From: Paenarthrobacter sp. DKR-5 | GTDB lineage: Bacteria; Actinomycetota; Actinomycetes; Actinomycetales; Micrococcaceae | Length of the DNA: 24,000 nt | Assembly (NCBI RefSeq): GCF_018531425.1 | Contig: NZ_JAHBOI010000006.1 | Coordinates: 149,911 to 173,910, forward strand | Reading direction: 5' to 3' | Part shown: piece after piece, positions 7,303-14,035 of the stretch | Position numbering within the stretch: the stretch's first letter is position 1 | Layout of the letters: every line of letters begins with the position of its first letter | Made by a program: the position numbers and the translations under genes | Notes under the pieces: generated by a model | Told to the model about the DNA's origin: nothing | Databases searched by the model: none | The model's input: the letters and a program-made list of their open reading frames with translations, nothing else

Positions 7303-7800
7303 TCAGGACGCGGCGCCTTCGGCCTCCCGGCCGGGGGCGCCGCTTTCGTGCACCACGAGCACGGGACATCCGGCATGCTCAGCACAGGCCGAACTCACGG
7401 AGCCGAGCAGGAGCCCGGCGAAGCCTCCATGGCCGCGGGAGCCGACGATGAGCATCGCCGCCGGCCGGCTCTCCTCCAGGAGCACCCGGGCGGCCTGTCC
7501 GCGCAGTACCCGCCGTTGCAGTCCGTCCGGGACGGCTTCGCCGAAGGCCTCCGTGACAGCCTCATCCAGCGCGGCGGCCGCGTCCTGCTCGGGGTTCCAG
7601 TCCACGGGCGGGTAGGCGCCGAAGGCCGATTCAGCCGGGAACTCCCATGCCGCGACCGCCGCAATGGAAGCCCCGAGCGTCGGCGCAAGCCGCCCCGCCC
7701 ACCGCAGGGCCTGGACCGAGGGCGCCGAACCGTCGACGCCGACCACGATCACAGCTTGCGTGCCTGCCTCAGTGCCTGCCGAAGGTTGAGGAACGCTCAT
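7303..7800 (-). CDS. Universal stress protein (UspA family)
   Basis: IVVGVDGSAPSVQALRWA...MLIVGSRGHGGFAGLLLGSVSSACAEHAGCPVLVV is the canonical USP ATP-binding motif. GGAGGG SD. Confidence 0.9.
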   Translation of the reverse strand: MSVPQPSAGTEAGTQAVIVVGVDGSAPSVQALRWAGRLAPTLGASIAAVAAWEFPAESAFGAYPPVDWNPEQDAAAALDEAVTEAFGEAVPDGLQRRVLRGQAARVLLEESRPAAMLIVGSRGHGGFAGLLLGSVSSACAEHAGCPVLVVHESGAPGREAEGAAS

Positions 7801-7835
7801 GATGCCCTCCGCATCCGTAGGACCGATAGGACTCG

Positions 7836-8024
7836 TCAGCGGCCTGTCTTCTCCAGCGATGCCTTGGCCGCCTCAACCAGGCGCAGCGCTTCCTCAAGCG
7901 CCTCGCGCTGTTCGGAGGACGGAGACGCGCCGTTGAGCACCTGGTCAACGTTGAGCGTGTCGTGGGCATGGTCCAGCATGCTGCACGCACGTCCCCGAAC
8001 ATCTTCAAACCGTGGAGCGCCCAT
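7836..8024 (-). CDS. Small hypothetical protein (62 aa), probably the first gene of a two-gene unit with the USP
   Basis: Strong SD GGAGGAA 6 nt upstream of the ATG. Moderately high GC3. 35-nt gap to the USP gene. I recognise no family. Confidence 0.5.
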   Translation of the reverse strand: MGAPRFEDVRGRACSMLDHAHDTLNVDQVLNGASPSSEQREALEEALRLVEAAKASLEKTGR

Positions 8025-8164
8025 CCTCTGTTCCTCCGCTCGTTCCGAGGGTTTTTCCTGCCCCTATCATGCATCCTCAGCGTGAGGATTTGCCTTAGCC
8101 GCGTCAAAGATCGCCTCAAGAGCGTCATCCGGGCGGCCCGGGCGCGGTCTGTGAAGGACCCGGC

Positions 8165-8256
8165 GAGTACTGCCCCGCAAAACCAAGTAGTGCACGCGTA
8201 GCCCCCGCGAAAATACGAGTAGCCGCCCCCGTTGTGTGCGTAGCCGCCTACCGTAC
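8165..8256 (+). repeat. Array of five degenerate direct repeats (G-N-GTAG-CCSCCCC), phased at about 10.5-bp multiples, in a divergent intergenic region
   Basis: GAGTACTGCCCCGC (8165), AAGTAGTGCACGC (8185), GCGTAGCCCCCGCG (8196), GAGTAGCCGCCCCCG (8217), GCGTAGCCGCCTACCG (8238). The GTA starts are spaced 20, 11, 21 and 21 bp apart. Confidence 0.5.
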
Positions 8257-8268
8257 ATTCTGGGACTA

Positions 8269-8287
8269 CTCGTCCGCTGGGGACGAG
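8269..8287. promoter_or_regulatory. Perfect 7-bp inverted repeat CTCGTCC-gctgg-GGACGAG
   Basis: Read directly. The left arm continues an inverted copy of the GAGTAG repeat core (CTACTC at 8266-8271). Confidence 0.35.
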
Positions 8288-8394
8288 GAGGTGCCTGCGA
8301 AGGTGCCCCACGGGTCTCTCGAAAGAATCGTGCGATGTCTCTTCCAACGGTCTCGATTACCTCTCTGCCGGCGGCCGGCGTGCATGCAGCGGGC

Positions 8395-8877
8395 ATGCAG
8401 CGTCGGCGCCCCTGTGCCGTCGAGGGGCCGCCAGCGACGAGGCAAGTAAGCGACCGGAGCTTCCGCGCCGTCGTCATCGAGGATGACGCGGACATTCGCG
8501 GCTTGGTGGTCCTGCTGCTCAGCCAGGCAGGTTTCGTAGCCCACGAGGCCGTCAACGGCGCGCAGGGGATTGCACTCGTGGAGCAGCACCGGCCGCAACT
8601 GGTCACGGTGGACATCGGGCTGCCTGACCTCGACGGCACCGAGGTCAACCGGCGGCTGCGGATCTTCAGCGACGCCTACATCCTGATGCTCACCGCCCGA
8701 GCCGAGGCGGCGGAAGCCGTCCGCAGCCTGGCCTCGGGCGCCGATGACTACCTGGCGAAACCGTTCAAGCCGGAGGAGCTCCGGGCGCGCGCCGCAGCGG
8801 TACGGAACGGCCGCCTGCGCCAGCCCGGCGCCGCCCTGTCCCGGGTGGCGGGTGAAGCGCTGAGGCTTCCGGCCTGA
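8395..8877 (+). CDS. Response regulator with a receiver (REC) domain only; no output domain
   Basis: All receiver signature positions are present: IEDDAD, phospho-acceptor VTVDIGLPDLDG, LMLTAR, YLAKPF. Only about 25 aa follow helix alpha-5 before the stop. The start is uncertain (ATG 8395, GTG 8380 or ATG 8335); 8395 was chosen because GC3 rises after it. Confidence 0.75.
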   Translation: MQRRRPCAVEGPPATRQVSDRSFRAVVIEDDADIRGLVVLLLSQAGFVAHEAVNGAQGIALVEQHRPQLVTVDIGLPDLDGTEVNRRLRIFSDAYILMLTARAEAAEAVRSLASGADDYLAKPFKPEELRARAAAVRNGRLRQPGAALSRVAGEALRLPA

Positions 8878-8886
8878 GGGCTGCCG

Positions 8887-10620
8887 CTACCCCGAACCGT
8901 ACAGTCGGTGGCTCGTCTCCAACATCGCGGCATGGACGAACGCCTGCGGCAGATTGCCACGCAACTGCCGCTGGCCGACGTCGTATTCTTCGGTGAACAG
9001 CCCTGGGGAGCCGCAGGCGGCGCGGTTGCGTTCGAACCGCCGGAACGCCTCCAGTTCGTCGCCTTGCCGGTGAAGGGCCAGCGCGAGATTGAATCCGCAC
9101 AGCAGGAAGGCGCCCTCCGCCTCAGCAAGCGGGCGGTCATCATGCCGGAACCTGTACACATACTCCTGTTCCTCCAGCTCGGAGCGGACCGCCTTGACCG
9201 TGGCCAACGACCGCGGGTCCGTTGGGGCCACGGCCCCCCGGATGGCGGGCAGCAGCAGGGAGGCATCCAGGCGGGCATCCGTGGGCGAGCGCTGCCAGCG
9301 GCCGCTGGGGTGCACGGAGGTGGCGGCAGTCCTGGCCAGGATGCGGTCGGCCAGTTCGTCCCAGCGGCGCGCCTGGGAGCGGGGCGCGAACCGGGCGATC
9401 GCCCGAAGGCCCGCGACGCAGGTCAGCCGGGAGTGCGTCCACCGCTCATTGTGCAGTTCCCAGATCCCCGCGTCCGGCTCCCGCCACCGGTGCTCGATTC
9501 CCGCGGCCGCCTGTTCGGCGGCCTTCCACTGGTCCGGAGCCAGAGGACCGTGGCCGGCCGCGGCGGCGAACAGGAGCAGCGCCTCACCGAAGTTGTCCAG
9601 CTGGAACTGTTCGTTCACCCAGTTGCCGACCTTGTCGGAACCCCCCGGGTAGCCAGGAAGGTCAAGGGACCGCTCATCCGGGACCCGTCCGAGGGACACC
9701 GTGTAGGCGGGCTTGAGGTCGGCTCCGTCCGCGAGCAGCCGGTCCGCGACGAAGCCCACCGACCTGCAGAACAAGGCGGTCGCCGACCCGGCCCCGGTGG
9801 CCATACCGGCGTAGCACTGGTCCCGTATCCAGGCGTAGCGGTAATCGTAGTTGCGTTTCGCCGCGGCCCGCTCCGGAAGCGCCATGGTGGCCGCGGCCAC
9901 CATCGCTCCGGTGGAGCTTGTCAGGCCGTGCAGCACGGCGTACGACTGCCGGGCATCGACGGGACAAACAGTGTCCTGCAGGTCCGGCACGGCCGCGGCC
10001 CATTCCCGTTCGGTGGACTCCCACAAGGCACCGGCTGCGGGAAGCATGGCCGGGAGGGAGGCGGCGGAGAGCTCCAGCACCAGGTCGTGCTCACGGCCGG
10101 GGGACAGGGCCAGTTCGGCAGTGAGTCCGTCCCCGTCCAGCGTCGCGCCGGCCAGACCGCTCAAGCGCACGTGCAGGCCGCCACCGCTCCCGGCCCAGAC
10201 ACCGCCGTCGCGCCTGAGCGGTATCCGGTCGCGGCCGAAGCCGGGCCGCGGATCGAACCTCACCCGCACGGGCGCTGTCCCTTCGAGCACCCGAAGGCGC
10301 CGCAGCAGGACGGCCCGGTCCTTGTCGGACGGCAGGGCCAGGGCTTCCCGGCATTCGACGATGCCGCCGGTAGTCACCCAGCGGCTGCGCCAGATCAAGG
10401 CGCCGTCCTCGTACTGGCCGCCCCACACCATCCGGGCGTCCCTGGGGGTAACGGAGAAGACGCCCCCGCCCCCGATCAACGAGGAGAAGACGGCGTCGTC
10501 GTGCCACTGCGGGGCGCACATCCACGCGATGTCGCCCCTGGGGCCGATCAGCGCTCCGCGCTCGCCGTCCGCGAGCAGCGCGTATTCCCGCAGGACCTGT
10601 ACCGGCACGGTGTCCTTCAT
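8887..10620 (-). CDS. Glycoside hydrolase family 15 (glucoamylase/trehalase-like)
   Basis: YALLADGERGALIGPRGDIAWMCAPQWHDDAVFSSLIGGGGVFSVTP plus the C-terminal (alpha/alpha)6-barrel pattern (NYDYRYAWIRDQCY, WVNEQFQLDNFGE, GLFTEEYD) is typical of actinobacterial GH15 proteins. ATGA overlap with the upstream gene. Confidence 0.88.
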   Translation of the reverse strand: MKDTVPVQVLREYALLADGERGALIGPRGDIAWMCAPQWHDDAVFSSLIGGGGVFSVTPRDARMVWGGQYEDGALIWRSRWVTTGGIVECREALALPSDKDRAVLLRRLRVLEGTAPVRVRFDPRPGFGRDRIPLRRDGGVWAGSGGGLHVRLSGLAGATLDGDGLTAELALSPGREHDLVLELSAASLPAMLPAAGALWESTEREWAAAVPDLQDTVCPVDARQSYAVLHGLTSSTGAMVAAATMALPERAAAKRNYDYRYAWIRDQCYAGMATGAGSATALFCRSVGFVADRLLADGADLKPAYTVSLGRVPDERSLDLPGYPGGSDKVGNWVNEQFQLDNFGEALLLFAAAAGHGPLAPDQWKAAEQAAAGIEHRWREPDAGIWELHNERWTHSRLTCVAGLRAIARFAPRSQARRWDELADRILARTAATSVHPSGRWQRSPTDARLDASLLLPAIRGAVAPTDPRSLATVKAVRSELEEQEYVYRFRHDDRPLAEAEGAFLLCGFNLALALHRQGDELEAFRRFERNRAACGSPGLFTEEYDVGQRQLRGNLPQAFVHAAMLETSHRLYGSG

Positions 10621-11126
10621 CGGCGCCGCCGCAGCAGGGACTCGCTCGCCGCCACCACCCCGAGGCCGAGGAGGAAGACGGCCACCACGCTGGCCACCGC
10701 GAGATAGCCCAGCAGCTGCTCGCGGTGCTCATCCCCGGGAGGGGGAACCTGGGTCTGGCGGCCCCCTGCCCCGGGTGCGGCCTCGGCCGGTTCCGGGTGC
10801 GGCCGCTCGTGCACCATCTTCCGGATCCTTTCATCCGGGACGGGTGAGACCTTGTCGGCCTGCGCGGCAACCTCGAAGTCCAGGATGTAGGGCTTGCCGT
10901 AGGAAGCTTCGGTGGCCACGGCATCCACCCAGAGGTCCGGCTGCTGCGGAAGGCCCCGGCGCCGGAACTCGCCCCGCAGCAGTCGGCGGATCTCGGGGAC
11001 CCGCTTTCCCCGGCCTTGCTTGGCGACATCGAAGATCGCCAGTTGCCGTTCCACGGCGCGGCTGTTGCCGCGGTCGGTGCTTTCCACGGGTTCGGTCCTC
11101 TCGTTGGTTGTGGTGGGGAGGGTCAT
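10617..11126 (-). CDS. Hypothetical protein with a Pro-rich linker and a single C-terminal transmembrane anchor
   Basis: ATGA overlaps at both ends. C-terminal LLGYLAVASVVAVFLLGLGVVAAS followed by RRRR. I recognise no family. Confidence 0.65.
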   Translation of the reverse strand: MTLPTTTNERTEPVESTDRGNSRAVERQLAIFDVAKQGRGKRVPEIRRLLRGEFRRRGLPQQPDLWVDAVATEASYGKPYILDFEVAAQADKVSPVPDERIRKMVHERPHPEPAEAAPGAGGRQTQVPPPGDEHREQLLGYLAVASVVAVFLLGLGVVAASESLLRRRR

Positions 11127-12229
11127 CTCCGGTACTGCCTCGAATCCGCTTCGCGCAGTTCCAGTCCGTTGCCGGGCCGCCCGTCGTCCGGGCGGACCGA
11201 GCCGCCCGCAGGATCCAGGGCGCCGTCGAAGAACATGTCCTCAATGCGGACGTGGTCGTGGAACCATTCGAGGTGCCGGAAATTGGGGACGGCCGCTGCC
11301 GGTGCGGCGGCCAGGTTAGGGGCGCAGTGCCCCGAGACTTGGAGACCGGCTGCCGCGGCCACGGCGCTCGCGGCCAGCCATTGGGTGATACCTCCGCAGC
11401 GGGTGACGTCCACCTGGAGGCAGTCGACGGCGTCCGCGGAGCACATCCGCGCGAAGTAGAACAGGTCGGTCCCGTACTCGCCGGCGGCGACGTCCGCGCT
11501 TACCGCCCGCCGCACTTGGGCCAGGCCCTCCAGATGGTCGCTGGATACGGGTTCCTCGAACCACTCGATTCCCTCCGCGGCGGCCGCGTCGAAGACGCGA
11601 ACCGCCTGTTTGGCCGTATAGGCGCCGTTGGCGTCCACGAAAAGGCTCGTGTCCGGCCCGACGGCGTCCCGGGCCTGCCGGATCCGGGCCAGGTCCCGGG
11701 CCACATTCCGCCCCCGGTCCTCGCCGATCTTGATCTTGACCCGCGGAATGCCCTGGCCGTGCGACCAGCCCTCCAGCTGGCTGCGGAGCCGGTGCTCGTC
11801 GTAGCTGGTGAACCCTCCGCTGCCGTAGACGTCCACCGTCTCCCGGACGGTGCCGAGCAGCCGGTGCAGCGGCAACCCGAGCACCCGCGCCTTCAGATCC
11901 CAGAGGGCACAATCCACCGCGGAGATTGCGTAGGCGCAGGCACCGGTGCGGCCGGCGTTGCGGACAGCGCGGGCCATGGCCTCTGCCGCCGCCGGGATGT
12001 TGAAGACGTCCAGGCCGGAGAGCGCGGGTTCAAGCAGGTCCTTGATCAGCGCCGCGCAGGCGGCCGGTGCATACGTCCAGCCGATGCCGGTGGCGCCGGC
12101 GGCACGGGCCTGGACGAGCACCATGGTGGTGGCATCCCAGGCAAACGTTCCGTCGGCCTCCGGTGCGTCGGTCGGGACGGTGTAGACCGAGACATCCAGC
12201 TGACCGAGCGTCGGCCCGTCGGTTGTCAT
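11123..12229 (-). CDS. Enolase-superfamily enzyme (mandelate racemase/muconate lactonising subgroup; possible acid-sugar dehydratase)
   Basis: KxK motif RVKIKIG. Metal ligands LFVDANGAY, IEWFEEPV, VAAGEYG. Conserved His in VSGHCAP. GAGGGG SD. Confidence 0.88.
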   Translation of the reverse strand: MTTDGPTLGQLDVSVYTVPTDAPEADGTFAWDATTMVLVQARAAGATGIGWTYAPAACAALIKDLLEPALSGLDVFNIPAAAEAMARAVRNAGRTGACAYAISAVDCALWDLKARVLGLPLHRLLGTVRETVDVYGSGGFTSYDEHRLRSQLEGWSHGQGIPRVKIKIGEDRGRNVARDLARIRQARDAVGPDTSLFVDANGAYTAKQAVRVFDAAAAEGIEWFEEPVSSDHLEGLAQVRRAVSADVAAGEYGTDLFYFARMCSADAVDCLQVDVTRCGGITQWLAASAVAAAAGLQVSGHCAPNLAAAPAAAVPNFRHLEWFHDHVRIEDMFFDGALDPAGGSVRPDDGRPGNGLELREADSRQYRR

Positions 12230-12235
12230 CGCCGC

Positions 12236-14035
12236 TCACCCCTCCTTGTGCGGGAGGAATTCCTGCGCCTTGGTCTTCACGCCCTCCTTGATGATGCCCC
12301 AGGCGCTGTCGTCGCCCTTGAGGACGGCCTTCGCGCTGTTCACCGCCTGCTCCAGCGTCGCATGCGGCGGGATCGGCGGGATATCCGGGTCCGTCCGCAC
12401 GTCAAGGAGAGTGGGCCGGTCCGAAGCCAAGGCCTTCTCCCAGGCGGTTCCGAGGTCCTCGGGGGAGTCGACCCTGATGCCCTGCAGGCCCAGGCTGGAA
12501 GCGAAGGCGGCGTAGTCGACGTCGGGCAGGGCCTGCGATTCCCGGAAAGGCGGTGCGCCGCCCATCGCCCGCATCTCCCACGTGACCTGGTTCAGGTCAT
12601 CGTTGTGGAGCACAGCCACGATGAGCCGCGGATCCTGCCATTCCTGCCAGTAGCGCTGGATGGTGATCAGCTCCGCCAGGCCGTTCATCTGCATGGCGCC
12701 GTCGCCCACGAAGGCCACCACGGGCCGCTGCGGGTGACCGAACTTCGCGCCGATGGCGTAGGGGACGCCGGGCCCCATGGTCGCGAGGTTGCCCGAGAGG
12801 GAGCCGCGCACCGTGCCGCGGAACTTCAGCTGGCGGGCATACCAGTTGGCTGCGGACCCGGAGTCCGCCGTGACGATGCAGTCGTCCGGCATCCGGTCGG
12901 AGAACTCGGCGAACAGCCGCATGGGGTTCACCGGGTCAGCCTCCACCATCGCCTCCTTCCGCATCGTCTCCCACCAGCGGCTGATTTTCGACTCAAGATC
13001 CTCACGCCAGGAGCGGTCCTGCTTGCGCTCCAGATGGGGGATCAGGGCGCGAAGGGTAGCCGCCGCGTCGCCGACGATATTGAACTCATAGGGGTAGCGC
13101 AGGCCGATCATGCCGCCGTCGATGTCGATCTGCACCCCGCGGGCCTGCCCCTCCTTGGGCATGAACTGCGTGTAGGGAAAACTGGAGCCGACGGTGAGCA
13201 GGGTGTCGCATTCGGCCATCATTTCGTAGCTCGGGCGGGTGCCGAGAAGGCCTATGGACCCCGTGACATACGGCAGCTCATCCGGCAGCCCGTCCTTGCC
13301 GAGCAGCGCCTTCGCGACACCGGCCCCCAGCAGGTCGGCAACCTGCATCACTTCCGGCGCGGCGTCGCGCGCGCCCTGGCCGATCAGCATGGCAACCTTG
13401 TGCCCCTCGTTCAGCAAGGCCGCTGCGCCGCGCACCGACGCGTCGTCGGGCTGGATTTGCGGCCAGGCCACCCCGCGGCTGGAAGGGACCATTTTGAACT
13501 CATGCGACGGCGGCGTGTACTCAAGTTCCTGGACGTCCGAGGGGATGATGATCGCCGTCGGTGCGCGCCGCGAATGGGCGATGCGGATCGCGCGGTCCAG
13601 GACGTTGGGCAGCTGCTCCGGTACCGTCACCATCTGCACGTAGTCGGACGCCACGTCCTTGAACAGGGCCAGGAGGTCAACCTCCTGCTGGTAGGACCCG
13701 CCCATGGCGCTGCGGGCGGTCTGGCCGACGATGGCGACCACCGGGACGTGGTCCAGTTTCGCATCGTACAGGCCGTTGAGCAGGTGGATGGCGCCGGGGC
13801 CGGAGGTGGCCATACAGACGCCCACTTTGCCGGTGAACTTGGCGTAGCCGACCGCCTCGAAGGCGGCCATCTCCTCATGCCGCGCCTGAATGAACTTCGG
13901 CTGGTTGTTCGCCTTGCCGAAGGCCGCGAGTGTGCCGTTGATGCCGTCGCCGGGGAAGGCAAAAACCTTCTCGACGTCCCACTCGCGCAGCCGCGCCAGC
14001 AGATAGTCCGCCACTGTTTGGGATGCCATGATCAT
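12236..14035 (-). CDS. Thiamine-pyrophosphate-dependent enzyme, pyruvate oxidase/PoxB-like
   Basis: N-terminus TVADYLLARLREWDVEKVFAFPGDGINGTL...ARHEEMAAFEAVGYAKFTGKVGVCMATSGPGAIHLLNGLYDA parallels E. coli PoxB. TPP motif GDGAMQMNG...NND. Start MIMASQ at 14035 has a GAGAGGAAG SD and an ATGA overlap with the GMC stop. The track ORF extension to 14719 was rejected. Confidence 0.9.
   Translation of the reverse strand: MIMASQTVADYLLARLREWDVEKVFAFPGDGINGTLAAFGKANNQPKFIQARHEEMAAFEAVGYAKFTGKVGVCMATSGPGAIHLLNGLYDAKLDHVPVVAIVGQTARSAMGGSYQQEVDLLALFKDVASDYVQMVTVPEQLPNVLDRAIRIAHSRRAPTAIIIPSDVQELEYTPPSHEFKMVPSSRGVAWPQIQPDDASVRGAAALLNEGHKVAMLIGQGARDAAPEVMQVADLLGAGVAKALLGKDGLPDELPYVTGSIGLLGTRPSYEMMAECDTLLTVGSSFPYTQFMPKEGQARGVQIDIDGGMIGLRYPYEFNIVGDAAATLRALIPHLERKQDRSWREDLESKISRWWETMRKEAMVEADPVNPMRLFAEFSDRMPDDCIVTADSGSAANWYARQLKFRGTVRGSLSGNLATMGPGVPYAIGAKFGHPQRPVVAFVGDGAMQMNGLAELITIQRYWQEWQDPRLIVAVLHNDDLNQVTWEMRAMGGAPPFRESQALPDVDYAAFASSLGLQGIRVDSPEDLGTAWEKALASDRPTLLDVRTDPDIPPIPPHATLEQAVNSAKAVLKGDDSAWGIIKEGVKTKAQEFLPHKEG

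Noticed and set aside
8073-8089. A terminator-like hairpin ATCCTCA-gcg-TGAGGAT followed by TTT on the plus strand.
   Set aside because: No plus-strand gene or obvious promoter lies upstream of it. On the minus strand it sits in the probable 5' leader of the 62-aa ORF. There is not enough evidence to call an sRNA.
8196-8231. Two C5 runs (GTAGCCCCCGCG, GTAGCCGCCCCCG) reminiscent of the actinobacterial 6C RNA.
   Set aside because: I could form only a 4-bp stem (CGCG/CGCG) around the first C-run and none around the second. 6C needs two stable hairpins with C-rich loops. An Infernal scan would settle it.
8262-8276. A DosR/DevR-box-like sequence GGGACTACTCGTCC upstream of the USP unit; similar GGGACT half-sites occur at 18121 and 19664.
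   Set aside because: The spacing between GGGAC and GTCC is one base longer than in the mycobacterial consensus (TTSGGGACTWWAGTCCCSAA), and the right half is incomplete. An isolated GGGACT hexamer is expected by chance in 24 kb of high-GC DNA.
7769-8347. A 192-aa minus-strand ORF containing a Gly-Gly-Tyr-rich stretch (VGGYAHNGGGYSYFRGGYACTTWF) that might have been a small Gly/Tyr-rich peptide or RiPP precursor.
   Set aside because: The frame has no stop until 7769, so it would run out of frame through the 62-aa gene and into the USP start. GC3 is only moderate and there is no SD. The rest of the translation is Arg-rich nonsense. I kept it only as an alternative origin for the DNA repeats.
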